A DNA stretch of 63,999 nucleotides, counting the filler, from Jimgerdemannia flammicorona (Eukaryota): NCBI GenBank assembly GCA_003990765.1. It is 3 parts of 3 records of this genome, joined end to end, with 100 filler letters (N's around TTAATTAATTAA, not from the genome) between each part and the next. Parts side by side here need not be neighbours in the genome. Positions count along the whole stretch, not along the records: positions 21,654 to 43,205 come from RBNJ01001429.1; 2 more parts are not named here. One strand, written 5' to 3'. The notes below the pieces were generated by a model that was given only the letters and a program-made list of their open reading frames with translations, had not been told where the DNA came from and made no database searches. A program made the translations under genes and the position numbers. Shown here piece by piece: positions 24,097 to 37,911 of the stretch (the first letter of the stretch is position 1; each line of letters begins with the position of its first letter).

Positions 24097-27000
24097 TATA
24101 ACAGTGACCTCAGAATAGTAATATCATCACAGGAGATAGCCTTTCCTTACAAGCCACTAAATCAGAGCATAAGAAGATTATATGGTATAACTCACTCAGG
24201 CTACAAGATAAGCAATAATGACCAACCATAAGTCATCATGACCACAAGATAGATATCTCAAGAAATATAAAAGAAAGACTAAGGAACTACAGTAGCAGTA
24301 ACTTAAATAAGACTCACAAAATCCCAAAATAGTTTAAAGACTCACTATAAAAAAAATGCCTACTGCCTACCAAATCTTAAGGTTCAGAAATTACTAAGAC
24401 TTCTTAGTTCAAGAAAGGATATTTCAAGACATCACAAGAGTTATAAGGACCTGTACCAGAAGAACTCCTAGTCTCAACCTGGATACTGGTGACTTTTACT
24501 ACTTTATTCTCTACTATTATAAAATAGAAACAAGGATCACTATTACTACCAAATACCTCTAGATATAGTAGGAATATGAAATAGAAAATCTCCTCTGTCT
24601 GGAATTCCCTCAGATCAGTCTCCAAGAGATATAAAATACTACTTCTATAGATGTATATAAATTGAGAATGGTCAAAAGATCTATCAGATCTTCAGATATG
24701 TATGTATCTTAGTAAATCTCCAACTTGGAGTATACTAGAGTCTCAGACTTCAAAGAATTATCAGTCTACTACATAGATATACTGGAGGCCATAGTGGTCA
24801 CAGAAGTCTAATCCACTATTACTCTCAAAAGTAATAAGGTAGAAGAGTTCTGGAATCTCATCCTCAAGGACAACTCAGATCAATTCCTGTAAGGATTAAT
24901 CTCAGTATTCTAAAGCCCCAGTATCCAGATTCAATCTCCTCAAGATCTCACCTTTGTCTCCTACTTTGTAGAGGAAAATTTTATAGATTAGAGAGTCTCT
25001 GATCTCCTTACTCTCTCTATCACCACTACTGAATATGATGATATTGCTTTGCTAATTGATATGTACAATATATGCAAAATATATAAAATAGATGAAATAT
25101 TTACTGACCTTATCTCCTTCAAGGATATTCTGATCTCTAGTCTTGATGATAGTGATGAAGATTAAGTCTCTAGAATTCTGAATATTCTGCTCTGAGTTCT
25201 TTATATAACTTTGAAATTCTTCTAGTATTCTGATCTTATATAACTATCAGAAATTATTTCAGCATTCTGATCTTATACAACCAATTGTATAAATACTTGA
25301 ATTTGTACTTACAACTGAAGTTTTCTGTATTTAAGTATCTTATTTATTTGGTTATTGAAATTTATATTTAGTTTTATAACTTAGCAACCATTGAATTATA
25401 TTTTGTATAAATACTTCTCTCATTTCTTTTGAAATAAAGTCAGTAGTCAAGTATTGAAAACACTCAAACATTCAAGTTCTCAACTACTCAAGAGTACAGA
25501 AGTTCTAGTTCTCTATTCAATTCCAAGCAAGCAAATCTAAGAGACAATAGAACAGTTTAAAGATAAGAAGTTTGAGAACTATAAGATCTTGGAAAGGTAC
25601 TCCAATAGAACTTACTTATAAGAAACTTATAGTTGGTCTAAGAGATATACCTTAAAGAGAATCTGATATACTTGGAGAACTTGGTGCTCACTATGTGACA
25701 ATTTTGTACCCATTGACTAATGATACTATTAGGATTCTTTACTTTCAAACTAAAAAATAAATAACTACCATAATAACTATCCTGACTATAAGAGTCATCT
25801 CCTGCAAGAATTCAAGATAAGATAAAAATATATCTCTCTACATTCTATAGATTTACTACTAAAGAGTCAATTCTGACCTTTATTGAAGACTTTGAATAAT
25901 TTACTGCTATATGAGCTCTCAATGTTGAAGCACAATTAGCCTTTCTATCTATCAGTCTTAGAGGACCTATCAGAGGCAAGTTCAATATAGCTACTATTGC
26001 TGATACTGGTATAGCCAAACTTACCAATATGAAGAACTTCCTCAGAACTATATACTATACTTAAGAGATCAAGCAAGCTCTCAAAGATCAACTTAACATT
26101 ATCTGCCAAAGACTCAATAAAGACTCCAACTTATTCTATACCTAAATCTGCAATCAAATTATCTTGACTAGCTATGATGATACTCTCAAGGAACAAATAG
26201 CTGATTCAATCTTCCTAAAAGAAGTCTACTATGAAATTGCCCTAGCAATCCAGTCTATCCCAGCTGCTCTGACCCTTGATCAGAAAGTGGTCTTTATACA
26301 GAAATATTAGACTACCAGATACTCTGCTGAATACTCAATAGAAAGAATAACTAGCATCAAGATGGAGCCACCAAAGCCAACCAGTATCATACCCACTACA
26401 GTCATCAATAGATAACTATTCCTATCTACCCCCAAGATGACCAAAGCTGATCCAGTGGAGGAACTTGCCCAGCAGTTTGTCAAGATAACTGCATACCTTG
26501 ATGATATTGTTAGAGAAGTATGAAGTATCAACAGGAGACCAGTACAGAAGTTTATAGCTACTATAGAGGAATACACTATTATATGTTTTAAGTGTAAAGA
26601 AGAAGGCCACTATACAAAGAATTATATGACCAAAACAAGATATAGAGCCCAAACAAGTGATGCTACTAGAACTAGAGAACAACTCAATGCTGTAGTTATC
26701 AAGGAGATTAGTGATACTGATAATGAAGAATACTATGAGGAGTCTGAATTCTACCCTATTACTGAAGGTACTAGAACCTGGTCCAAGCCCTATGACAAGA
26801 AGAACAATAGCAAGCCAGTTGGAAGACCAAAAAAGACCTCAACCATTATCATTCAAAGTAAGACTCAACTTAAGGAGATTGATTAAGATATGAAGTTAGA
26901 TGAAGCTATCTATCAAATTATTGAAGGTACTACTTCAGTCTCAGAAGAAAGTGAAAGCAAGAAAGAATAGAAGCTGTGCAAGACTAAGATCCACTAGTAT

Positions 27001-28117
27001 GATATCTATATAGATCTCAAGGAATAGAAGATCAATGCTACTTTTGAACAACTAGCAGAAGTCTCTGCCTTCAGACAATAGTTGAGAGTAAGACTTGCAA
27101 CCACTGTCAAGAACTAAGAGTACAAGATCATAGAAGCTCACAAGATATAGGAAGATAAACAAGAAGACTCAGGCAAAGAATCTAAAGATCAGTGCAAGAC
27201 CTCAGCCTATACTCAATATCAGATTGAAGATTATATCTTTAATACTATCATTGATACTGGTGCTGGAGAATACCTAAGACAATTGACTGCCTAGGCTGGA
27301 ACATTGAAGAATCCACCAAAATGGTCTATATCATAGTAGATGATATATGAGCTATCTCTCTAAGCAAGATCTGAAAAGTTTCCATCAATTGGAGAAGCTA
27401 TCATCTCAGTAGATATGATTATTACAAGTGCCACCAACTATAACATCCTCATTAGTAACCAATAGCTTTACATATAAGGCCAAGGCTATCATTGACCTTA
27501 ATATCCAGAAGATGTAGATCAATTATAGAGGAAGAAAGATATGAGTCTCTATCAATATCCACAAAGGAGTACTATCAGACATGGAGGAAGGAGATGAAGA
27601 GGATACAGAAGTCTTCATATACTTAGTATACAAGAATAAGAGTAAGACAACCAAGCTTACAGATGAGCAGTAGTACAATAAGATCATCAATGGCTATGCC
27701 TCTCAAGGAAGATGCCTCCATGGTACTAGAATATACTGCTCCAAATACCTGAATGACTGCTGGTACTATATCAGTGAAGTCAGAAAAATCTGTCAATAAA
27801 GATATAAGTAAGAAGTAGCTGAAGCAAGAAAGAAAGCTGAAGAAGATGACCAGTCTCCAGAGCTTCAAGCTAATAGTGACAATGAAGAGGAATAAGAACT
27901 GGACATCACTCTCAAGATTAAGAAGTTTTATTCTAAAGTCAAGATCCCAGAATACAAGATGGAAGGAGCTATAGGAATAGAACTTACCAGTATCTAAGAT
28001 ACTATTCTTGAACCACAGACCACCACTCTACTTGATACTGGAATTGGAGTCAAGTTATCAGAGAACCATATCAGAATTATTAAGACTAGGAGCAGTCTGG
28101 CCAAAAGTGAAATCTCA
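24097..28117 (+). mobile_element. Family A Gypsy, 5' part: LTR (24097-25700), PBS, gag with CCHC knuckle, protease, dUTPase; interrupted by a LINE
   Basis: LTR TATAACAG...GTGACA; decayed PBS at ~25704; gag colinear with 47021-46209; CFKCKEEGH ~26584; IIDTGAG ~27250; dUTPase at ~27910. Confidence 0.88.
27910..28117 (+). pseudogene. dUTPase N-terminal half downstream of the protease
   Basis: KIKKFYSKVKIPEYKMEGAIGIEL..ILEPQTTTLLDTGIGVKL..IKTRSSLAK; truncated at the LINE 5' end. Confidence 0.8.
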
Positions 28118-31100
28118 CATCTTTCTCCAGTAACATTCAGATTACACAATCTTTTGACAATACTTTTGACACAGTTTCTGGAGACAAGCTACTAGTATCA
28201 TGGCAACCAATGAGCATTCTGAGGTACATACTAGGCAGGGTGGCCCTGGAGTGTTCAAATGGTAGCAAGTGGGGAGAGGCCCTGGCTTGGGGGGAAGTAT
28301 GAGGGACCTGCTGGTGGGAGGACATAGTGGAGGAGGGGGTGGAGCTGGAGGTCAAGGGTCTGGCAGAGCAAGCTTTGCAGAGAAGGTGAAGGGGGGTCAG
28401 TAGAGAGCTAGACTGAAGAGCTGGCTGAGGGGGTAGTGGCTGAGGTGGGGACTACTGATGGGGGTGTGACAGATAATCTGGAAAAAAATCTAGATGGGAC
28501 TGCTGATGGTGAGCCAAGCAGTGAGAAGGGCATGAGGCCTGGGGACCTAGTGGATGGTGTAATGGGACTGGTGGTGGCTCCATTACTCAAGAAGTTGATC
28601 TCAGAATATACAGTCACGATGTGTTTCTGGGGCTTGATGGTGATGGCAAAAATAGTTCTGGGGCTGATCATGAAGCAGATGAGTGGTGCAGCATCTGTTA
28701 AGTTCCTGAAGGGCCTAGAAGGGGTGGAAGTGGGATTTGAGGAGGCTGGGCTACTGGAGGAGGCTTTGAAGGCTAGGATGAAAGTGGGCAAGGTGTGTGT
28801 ACTAATAGTGAGATGCCTGTGGTGGGACCTGAGAGTAGTGCAGCTTCTGGTGAAAGGAGTTCCCACTATTACTACTGTAGAGATGAGAAAGAGAGTTGAG
28901 GAGATCATGTCAGAGTATGGAGAGGTGGTCGATATTGGGTTCAGAGTATGGGAAGGAACCTCTCTCTGGACAGGGGATATTGATATCAGGATTTGGTTGG
29001 CTGAGCAGGAGGCTACTGGGAAGGCTTGAGACTGGCCCTCAGTGATGGTGTAGGGGGCTTTCTTGTGCAAGGTGACAAGAGTAAAGGAGAGCAAGGAGGA
29101 GGAGGAGGATTTGCTGGAAGTGCTGGAGGAGTTGAGTGGAGCAGTGGAGAGGAGGGCAAAAGCATGGAAGGCATTCAAGGAGATGCATCTTGAGGTGGTT
29201 GGAGAGAAGCAAGTCCGCATCAACAAGGAGGTGTGGGAGAGGTCCCAAGGGTACAGAAGGCAGAGGGAATTGTTGGCAAAAATGGAGGTGGAGGCAATGA
29301 GGAAGGCAAGTGATAGTGCAACCACCAGAGGTGCTGAGGCGAGTATCTGGGCTGCTAGTAGTGGAAGGAATGAGGAGGGGGGGCAGGTGGAGGCTGAGAA
29401 GATGCTGAGCAAGAATTCATATGAAGATGGTACACTGGAGGTTTGGGAGAAAAACTGGGAGGATTCACCTTTACCCTCCCCCCTTATCAGAAGGGGTCTG
29501 GTGGTGAGGGGTAGGGTGGTGGAGGATGTGCCAATGTGCAGTGCTCAGCAGGTGTGCTTTGGAGTCTCAAATGTGGAGAAGGGGGGATTGGTAGAGGTGA
29601 CTAGAGAAGAGGAATTGGTGGATGTCCCAGAGGAGGGATGGAATGAGTCAGCAAGTGTAGGGGCTGATACTATAATATTGGATGGAGAGAGGCCAGCGAC
29701 CCCAGGAGGGAAGGAGGTGGGAAACTTGCTCTGGGTATGCCGAATGATGAACAACTTGGTGGCAGAAGAGCTGGGGGAAGTCAACCTCTGAGTTATGAGC
29801 GATGAGCATTGGGCAAGGGTCCTGCAGGGCAATGGAGTGGTGGCAGCATTGAAGGCAGAAATTCTGATGGTATACTTGGAGGAGGAGGGGTATGAGGTAG
29901 ATAAGGAGAGGGAAGCTGCTCTGGCAGTTGTGGCGGGTGAGCAGGCTGCCCACTGTTAGACTAAGTGGCATGGACTGCAGCTCTGGCAAGAGGCTTACTT
30001 GGAGTACTACAAGGAGTTTGAGGAAAAGGAAGATGGGGAGATGGCTGAGATTCTGGCTGAATTGGAGGCTAAGAGGACTGAGGAAGCAGAAGCTATTGCT
30101 GAGTGTAACCTGGATAGGGCACAGGAGGAAGTGGACATGGAGCAGTAGAGGACACATCTGAAACTATATAATTTCCCTTATGAATAGTACAACCAATATT
30201 TTTTCTTTGAACATGAATGGGTTATGGGGCACTTATCAATGTAAGAACATTTTTATTTGGCTGAAGGGATTGGAGGCTGATCTCTTCCTCTTGCAGGATG
30301 TCAGATGTGAGGATGACTTAGATAGACTGGAATGGATGAAGGAGTGGGGAGGTGAGGCAGTTTGGAAGAGCAAGGTTGGAATTCTGGTGCAGAAGGGCAG
30401 AGGGGAGATATGAGATGTGCAGAGCTGGGGGGATAGATTGGTCTGGGGAGAGTGGATATGCACAGGTTGGGAGCCAGTCATGGTGGACTCCTGTTACTAC
30501 TCTGTGGTATGGGGTGAGCAGGTGAATTGGGTGACAGGCCTACAGGAGAGTGGAATTCTTGTAGAGGTTGGGGTAGATGTACTTGGTGAGGACTTCAATA
30601 TGGTCCGAGACATATTGAGGGATAGAACTGATGGAGGATAAGGAGCTGTAGGTTGGAGTGGAGGACTGGTGACATGGAAGGAAGTGGAAGACTGAGTGCT
30701 CTGGTGGATGCAGGTAGGGAATATTGGGGAAATAGGAGGGTATACATACACTGGGCCGGGGGCCTGGGGATGAGAATTGATTAGATTCTGACAGCCAGCT
30801 GCTGGGGCTTGGATGTTTGGAAGTCCCTGGAGGTGGAATGGTGTTCTTGGTCGGATCATTGGGGGCTTTTAGGGCAGGGACATTTTGGGGGGAGTGGGGA
30901 TGGGCCTGGACATTGGTGTCTCAATTCCTCCTTACTAGATGATAAGATCTGGTGGGATAAATGAGCTGAAGTCGTTCAACTGCAGGTAGAGTGCTAGAGG
31001 CAGGAAGGTGTCCCAGTTGATATTCGGTGGATGAGGATGAAGGAGATGGCCAGGGCCTTCTGGAGTGAGGCTGGTATGGAGGCAGGGAGACAGAGGAGGC

Positions 31101-33920
31101 AGCGGGTGTGGTGGGCATCTAGTAGACTATCTAGACTCTTGGAGGACTAGGCAAGACTGGCAACATTGGAGGGAGAGGAGGACTGGTGATTGATAAGGTT
31201 AAGAATGGAGGTGGCTAAACTACAACAGGTGCTGCAGAATGAGGAAGAGGCAAGGGTCCAGGGTCTGGCAGCGTGGCTTCATTGGCAGGGGCTAGAGGAA
31301 GGAGAGTGGCCCTCAAAGTTTCTTACAAGAGCCCTTCAGGCAAGAAGGGTGTAGCAAAGGTGGGAGGGGGTGCTTAATGCCAATGGTTTATTAGTGCATG
31401 GGGTACAAGACATTCTTGGATCATTAAAGGAGCATTGGAGTGGATTGTGAAGTGAGGAGGAGGGTGGGGCAGATGCTGAGAACATTGATCAAGCATTGGA
31501 GGATTGGCACCCTATCCGAGCAGATGGGTTGGGTGACTTAGTACTGCTAGTGCTAGAGGAGGAGATCCACTAGGTTCTTGCCATGACAACCTTGGGTACA
31601 GCACCTGGGGAGGATGGTCTGCCCTGAGACTTCTGGAAAAGGATGGTGAGAGTCCCTGGAGTACTGGGAGAGATGATGGTGTTGTGTGATTGGATTCTAT
31701 AGATGGGGAGATGGGTGGGAGAACAGGATCTAGGGCTGGTGACATTGCTTTACAAGAACAAAGGAAGCTGAGAGGACTGGAAGAACTAGAGGCCAATTAT
31801 GCTACTGGATATGGACAGAAAGTTGGTTACTAAAGTGGTGGTCACAAGGTTACAAAAGGTGGCCCAGCAAGTCTTGGGTGAGGAGTAGCAGGGCTTTGTT
31901 AGAGGCCAGCTCATCAGGGATAGCACAGCATAGGTGTATGGCATTATTGAAGAGGTATAAGCCAGTGGACTGGATGGGCATCTGGTCTTTTTGGACCAGG
32001 AGAAGGCTTATGACTGAGTGCGATGAATCTGGCTGGCAAAAGTTTTGGATAAGATTGGGGTCCCATGACAGTTCAGGACCACCATAGTCAGCCTACTGGA
32101 AGAAAGTAGGGTGGCACTCATGTGTAATAGATATAGAGGGGTAGCATTTCCCCTGGGTAGAGGGGTGCCCCAGGGGGACCCACTGTCCCCTATTTTGTAC
32201 ATTTTGTCTTTAGAGCCCTTCATGGACAGAATCAGGCAGAAGATAGTGGGGCTCTCTATCTTTGGCATTGGGTAGAAAGTAGGGGCATTTGTAGATGACA
32301 TAGTGGTCAGTCTGAGATCAGTTGCAGATATTGAGAAGCTCAAGGAAACAGTGGAGTGGTATGAGGCAAACTCTGGGGCTAGGCTTAATTGGCATAAGTG
32401 TGAAACAATGGTGTTAGGCAATGGTCTAGTGGGCAGGGAGATTATTGGTACAATTGTCTCTGCTGGTGAGGTGGTATGGTACTTGGGTATTTATCTGTCA
32501 GTATATGGGTCAGTTCTGTCCAGACTTTGGTGGGAGCAGTGGGTTGGCATTTGGGAGGAGGCCCTGCAGAGTTGGGGGGGCCGTCAATTGTCTCTGGCAG
32601 GATGCATTTCAATTCTGAATGTCTATTGGCTACCAAAGGTGTGGTATCTGGCTTATCATCTGGACTTCCCAGCTTGGGTAGTGAAACGATTGATAAAGCT
32701 GGCCAAGGGGTGGATCTGGGCTGGAAGGTGGAGTCAGATCAACTGAGAGGTCTTGTCCTTACTGATGGTGAGTGGGGGACTTGGGCTGGTTAACTTTCCT
32801 AAGAGGCTGCACTGCTTGAGAGCTTGGTGGCTGAAGAGAGCAGTGGAGTTGGGAGGGGGTGATTGGGTTCCCCTACTGCAGAAAGTCTGGGAGATGAGGT
32901 CCTCTCTGAGGGGTTTGACTGGTGATCTCCTAGCACTTATGGGCCTTCAGAACTCTGGACAATTGTGATACAAAGGCTTCTGGTGGGGAGTGGCAGAGGG
33001 GGTGTGCCATATTGGAATTAGGTGGTAGGGAAATGAAGGGGAGGAGGCTTGGGACCCAGCAATGTAGAGATGGGACCAAGTGTTACTAGGTGGCATTCTC
33101 TTAATTGAGTTTGACATTGGTGATGAGATTGAATGCCAATGGGGACCAGGCCAGGATCTGTGGCCTAGCAGTTGGCAGGGTGTAGGAATCAGTAAGGAGT
33201 AGGACTGGCATAGCATTTGGGCCTAGAGTGCCAAGGTGAGGAGGTGGCTACCACTGAAGTACTGGGTGGTCTGGTGGCATATACTAAGGCGAAATGTCAT
33301 GCTCAACTTCCACTCCGGTCACCTTATCAAGGGAGGCTGCTTCGACTGTGAAGAGTATTATAATGTAGGGCAGGAAGAGAGATATGTACAGATGCCTGAA
33401 CATTAGCTAGAAGAGTGTGAGATACTTAGTACCTTTTGACAGAATATTGGAGATCATCTGGGAGTAGTGTGTCAGGGAGCTGATATGCAGGGGTGATGGG
33501 AGAATTTAAGGGGCAGACTGGAGGGGGGGGTGGAGAAGGAATGGCTGATGTTAGGTTGGGCTTTGGCCATTTGGGTGGGGCTGGCCAGTCACTGGTTATT
33601 TGTTTTTGAGGATGAGAGGAAACTTGGCTCTGAGGTCAGGCTGATGAGGTGGTGTAGCCTTATGGAAGACACCTTGATGGGCTGGTGGCTTGGTTGGGGT
33701 TTAAAGGGGAGTTGAAGGCATTGTTTGGTAGAACAAATCTGTAGGCAGAGTGGGGGGAGGGTTGGTATTGTGGGTGAGAAAGTGGTCTTTGTTCGTGTAG
33801 ATAGGAGGAGTGGCACCCCTATGGGGATTGGATAGTGGGAGGGTAAACTGTAAAATTATTAATAGATGGGTAATAAATGGTGGAGTCCAAGTGACTATAA
33901 AAAATAAAAAATAAATAAAT
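28118..33920 (+). mobile_element. Full-length L1/Tx1-type LINE (ORF1 ~28200-30150; APE-RT ORF2 ~30180-33835; A-rich tail), decayed
   Basis: TNIFSLNMNGL, DFN, SDH, GHWxLNSSLL, DQEKAYD, RGVPQGDPLSP, xDD, SGARLNWHKCE; tail at ~33898-33919. Confidence 0.93.
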
Positions 33921-36900
33921 CAGAAGCTAGAGAGACCATTTGGTATGGGGGGAATGGCATCAATCTGAGTGGGAGTCAGTGAGTGTTGGCTCTTACTACT
34001 GTCTAGTAGCTAGGGGTGAGCAGATTATATAGATTAAGAATCTGTTAGAAGAGGGTGCTCTCTTGAAGGAGAGGGTAGATATTCTGGGAGGGGACTTCAA
34101 TATGATGTGGAATCTTCAGTTAGATAGTGGAAGGAGTGGTGGCCTGGATGCATGGGAGGAGGTAGAGACCCTTAGCTCCTTAGGAGATATGGGCAGAACA
34201 TGGTGAGGAGAAAAGAGGATCTATACACATTGGGTGAATGGTCTAGGTATAAGAATTGACTGGATCCTGATGGCCAAATACTGGGGTATAGATGTTTAAA
34301 AGACTCTAGAGATAGAGTGATGCCCATAGTTAGATCACTGGGGTCTATTAGGGCAGAGGCAGTTTGGGGGGAGTAGAGATGGACCCAGACATTGGTGTCT
34401 TAACTCCTCTCTGCTGGCTGAGAAGATATTGTGGAATACATGGGCAGAGGACATCTAAGTGGAGATTGTTAGCTGGATACAGAAGGGCTCACCAGTGGGT
34501 GTCCATTGGATAAAGTTTAAAGAGGCTGTGAGAGTTTACTGGAGAGAAGCTGATAGGGATACTGGGAGGTAGAGAAGGAAAAGAGTGAGATATGCTTCCA
34601 ATAGGTTGGTTAGATTGCAGATAGAATAGGCAGATTTGATGAATTCTGGAGAGATGGTTGATTGGAGATTGGTGTGAGCAAAATTGGAGGTAGTGGAGCT
34701 GCAATAGGTACTGAGAGAGGAGGAGATGTATATGAAAGGAATGACAGCTAGGCTGAGGTGGCAGGGACTTGAGGAGGGGGGGAGGTCTACTAGATACTTG
34801 TTAAGACTCCTCCAGGCTAGAAGGGTGTGACATCAATGTGATAGAGTCCTTGATGCAGAGAGAGAAATAGTACATAGCATATAACAGATCTTGGGATTAC
34901 TGAAGAAGTAGTGGAGGGGTCTGTGGAGTGAGGAGGAAGGGGGTGCTGATGAAGAGGTAATTGGAGACATACTGGAGGATTGGGAACCACCACAAGTAGA
35001 GGACCTTGGGAACTTGATCCTACCAGTCCAAGAGGAAGAGATCCAGAGAGTCCTTATAGCAACTAAGCTTGGGACAGTACCAGGAGAAGATAGGCTACCT
35101 TGGGACTTTTGAAAGAAGATGGCAAAGGTCCCTGGAGTGTTAAGAGAGATGGCAGCCCTCTGTGACCTTATTCTTCAGAATGGTAAGTAGGTTAGAGAGC
35201 AGGACTTAGGGCTGGTGGCCTTGTTGTACAAGGATAAGAAAAGGAGAGAGAACTGGAAGAACTGGAGACAAATTATGTTTCTGGATATGGACAGGAAGTT
35301 GGTAACTAAGGTGATTGTCATGAAATTACAGAAGGTTGCCCAACAGGTACTAGGTGAGGAGCAGTGGGGCTTTGTTGGAGGCAGACTTATTAGAGATAGA
35401 ATGGCCTGGATTCATGGTATCATTTAAGGGGCACAAGCTAGTAGACTGGATGGGAGACTGGTCTTTTTAGATCAGAAGAAGGCCTATGACTGTATTTGGT
35501 AGGTGTGGCTGGGTAAGGTGCTGAATAGAATTGGTATTTCTCTATGATTTTGAGCTTCTATATTGAATCTGTTGGAGGGCAGTAGGGCAGCACTGATGTG
35601 TAATAGTCACCAGGGTCTGGTATTTCCCTTGGGGAGAGGGGTTCCTCAGAGAGATCCACTGTCTCCTATTCTTTATATCCTTTCATTAGAATCTTTGATG
35701 GATAGGATTCAATAGAAGGTGGTAGGGCTCTCTATCTATAGTATAGTGTAGGGTGGGGGCCTTTGCAGATGACATAGTGGTTGGACTTGGCTCAGTAGCA
35801 GATGTTGAGATACTTAAGGAGATGGTAAAATAGTATGAGACACACTCTGGAGCAAAACTCAACAGGCATAAGTATGAGACAATAGTGCTTAGAAATAGAC
35901 TAGTGGGAGGGAATATCATTGGAACAATTGTTCTGACAGGAGAGGTGGTACAGTATTTGGGCATTTTTCTTTCAGTATATGGATCTATCTTGCTATAAGT
36001 GTGGTGGGAGAGGAGGGTGGCCATCTGGGGAGAGGCTCTTAGAGGTTGAGGAGGTCACTATATCTCCCTAATAGACCAGATATCAATTTTGAATGTCTAC
36101 AGGTTCCCCAAGCTATGGTATATTACTTATTACTTGGATTTTCTAGCTTAGATAGTGAAGAGACTGATGAAACTGACTAGGAATTAGATTTGGGCAGAGA
36201 GGTGGTCCCAGATCAGTTGAGATACCCTTGCAACACTGGTGGTTTGTAAGGAGCTAAGACTGGTGGATTTTCCTAAGAGGCTGTACTACCTGAGAGCTTG
36301 GTGGTTGAAAAGGACTATTGAACTATAGGGAGAGAGATGGGTACCACTGATGCAGAAGGTGTGAGAGATGAGATTCTCTCTATAAGGGTCCTTAGGAGAT
36401 TTGCTATCTCTGGTAGATCTGGGTGGAAGCTGACAGCTCTGATATAAAGGCTTCTGGTGGGGAGTGATAGATGGTGCTCATCACATAGACCTGTGCTAGT
36501 ATAGCAATAAGAGGGAGATGCTGTGGGGATCAGCTATGTAGAGATAGGACAGACTGCTTTTGGAGGGCACTCCACTTACTGAGTTTGATATTAGTAATTG
36601 AGTAGAGTGTCAGCAGAGACTTGGTCAGGATCTTTGGCCAAGCAGTTGGCAGATAGTGAGGATTGGCAAGAAGTGGGACTGGGCAGGAGTCTGGTCATGG
36701 AGTGCTGAGGTGTAGAGGTGGCTTCCTCCCAAGTTCTGGGTGATATGGTAGCAGATACTGTGGAGGAATATCATGTTGAATTTCCATGCTAGACATCTAG
36801 TAGATGGTGGACAATTGGAATGTGAGAAGTGTTATAATATAGAATAAGTTGGGAGATTTGTGTAGATGCCAGAATATTAGCTGGGAGAGTGTGAGGTTCT

Positions 36901-37400
36901 GGGGGACTTTTGGATAGTAGTAGAAGACCAGCTAGGTGTGGAGAGGAGGCCAGATGGGGAGAGAGGTCACTGGGAAGATTTGAAATCTAGGTTGATAGGT
37001 AGTGTGGGCAATAAATGGCTTACTGTAGGGTGGGTTATAGCTGTATGGATAGGGCTAGCTAGATATTGGCTCTTTGTTTTTGAGGAGAGGTAATAGCTGA
37101 GTCTATAGGAGAAGTTGTTAAGATGGGAGGAGTTGATGGGAGATTTGCTGACAGGGTAGTGGGTTGGTTGGGGTCTCCAGGATAGGTGCTGATACCATTT
37201 GATAGAAAGGATCTGTAAACAGAGTGGTGGATGGGTAGCAATGGTTGATGATCTAGTGGTCTTTAACTGAGAGAGTGTAGGAGGGGGAAGAGCCCTCTAG
37301 GGGGATTGGATAGGAGTGGGATCAGTGTATTTTATATAGGATATACAGGTGTATTAATAAAGGAAAGAGTCCAAGAGACTTTAAAAAAAAAAAAAAAAAA
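33921..37400 (+). mobile_element. L1/Tx1-type LINE subfamily B, ORF2 from mid-APE to poly(A)
   Basis: Start resembles 60688 onward; FADD at ~35762; poly(A) 37383-37400. Confidence 0.88.
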
Positions 37401-37911
37401 GGTATTATAGCAATTATCAAAGTAACTAATATATTATCTAATAACCTATATAGAGGTCTTAATTATAGAGGTCCTAATCACAAAGGTCCTGATTATAAAG
37501 ATTATCTATAGTTATCAAATTTGTTACTCATATTTAGTCAGAAATCACAAATAAATACTCTTAGTATTCTCATCCAAAATAAAGCAGTTTTAGTTCAGTT
37601 TTTGATATAAGAATCAAGTCTCTCTTTATATACATATATACATATATACTCCTAAGTCTTAGGAATGATATCTAATTAACTTTAGTATTTCTGACTAAAC
37701 TCAGAAGTCTAGCTAAGTTCTACCAGAATTAAAGATTAGTATATAAATCTAAAGACTTAAGGAAACTCTTTATTGAATCTGAATTCTAAGGTAAATTTAG
37801 TCTATATATAAATAAAGAATAAGTTTCTTATAACTGCAATTATTAAAGAAAGGGAATTACTACTATAACTACTTTTAGTAGTACTTTCTTACACTAAAGG
37901 CTTCTTGGTAT

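Noticed and set aside
22498..25700. Two adjacent family A LTRs as one mini-element
   Set aside because: The first has no PBS, the 218-bp spacer has no PPT, the second is a 5' LTR followed by PBS+gag, and the copies are clearly diverged.
28408..29412. Long Ser/Thr/Pro-rich minus-strand ORFs (also 52202-53047, 62495-63397)
   Set aside because: Antisense to G-rich LINE ORF1; composition explains the lack of stops, and the endpoints differ between copies.
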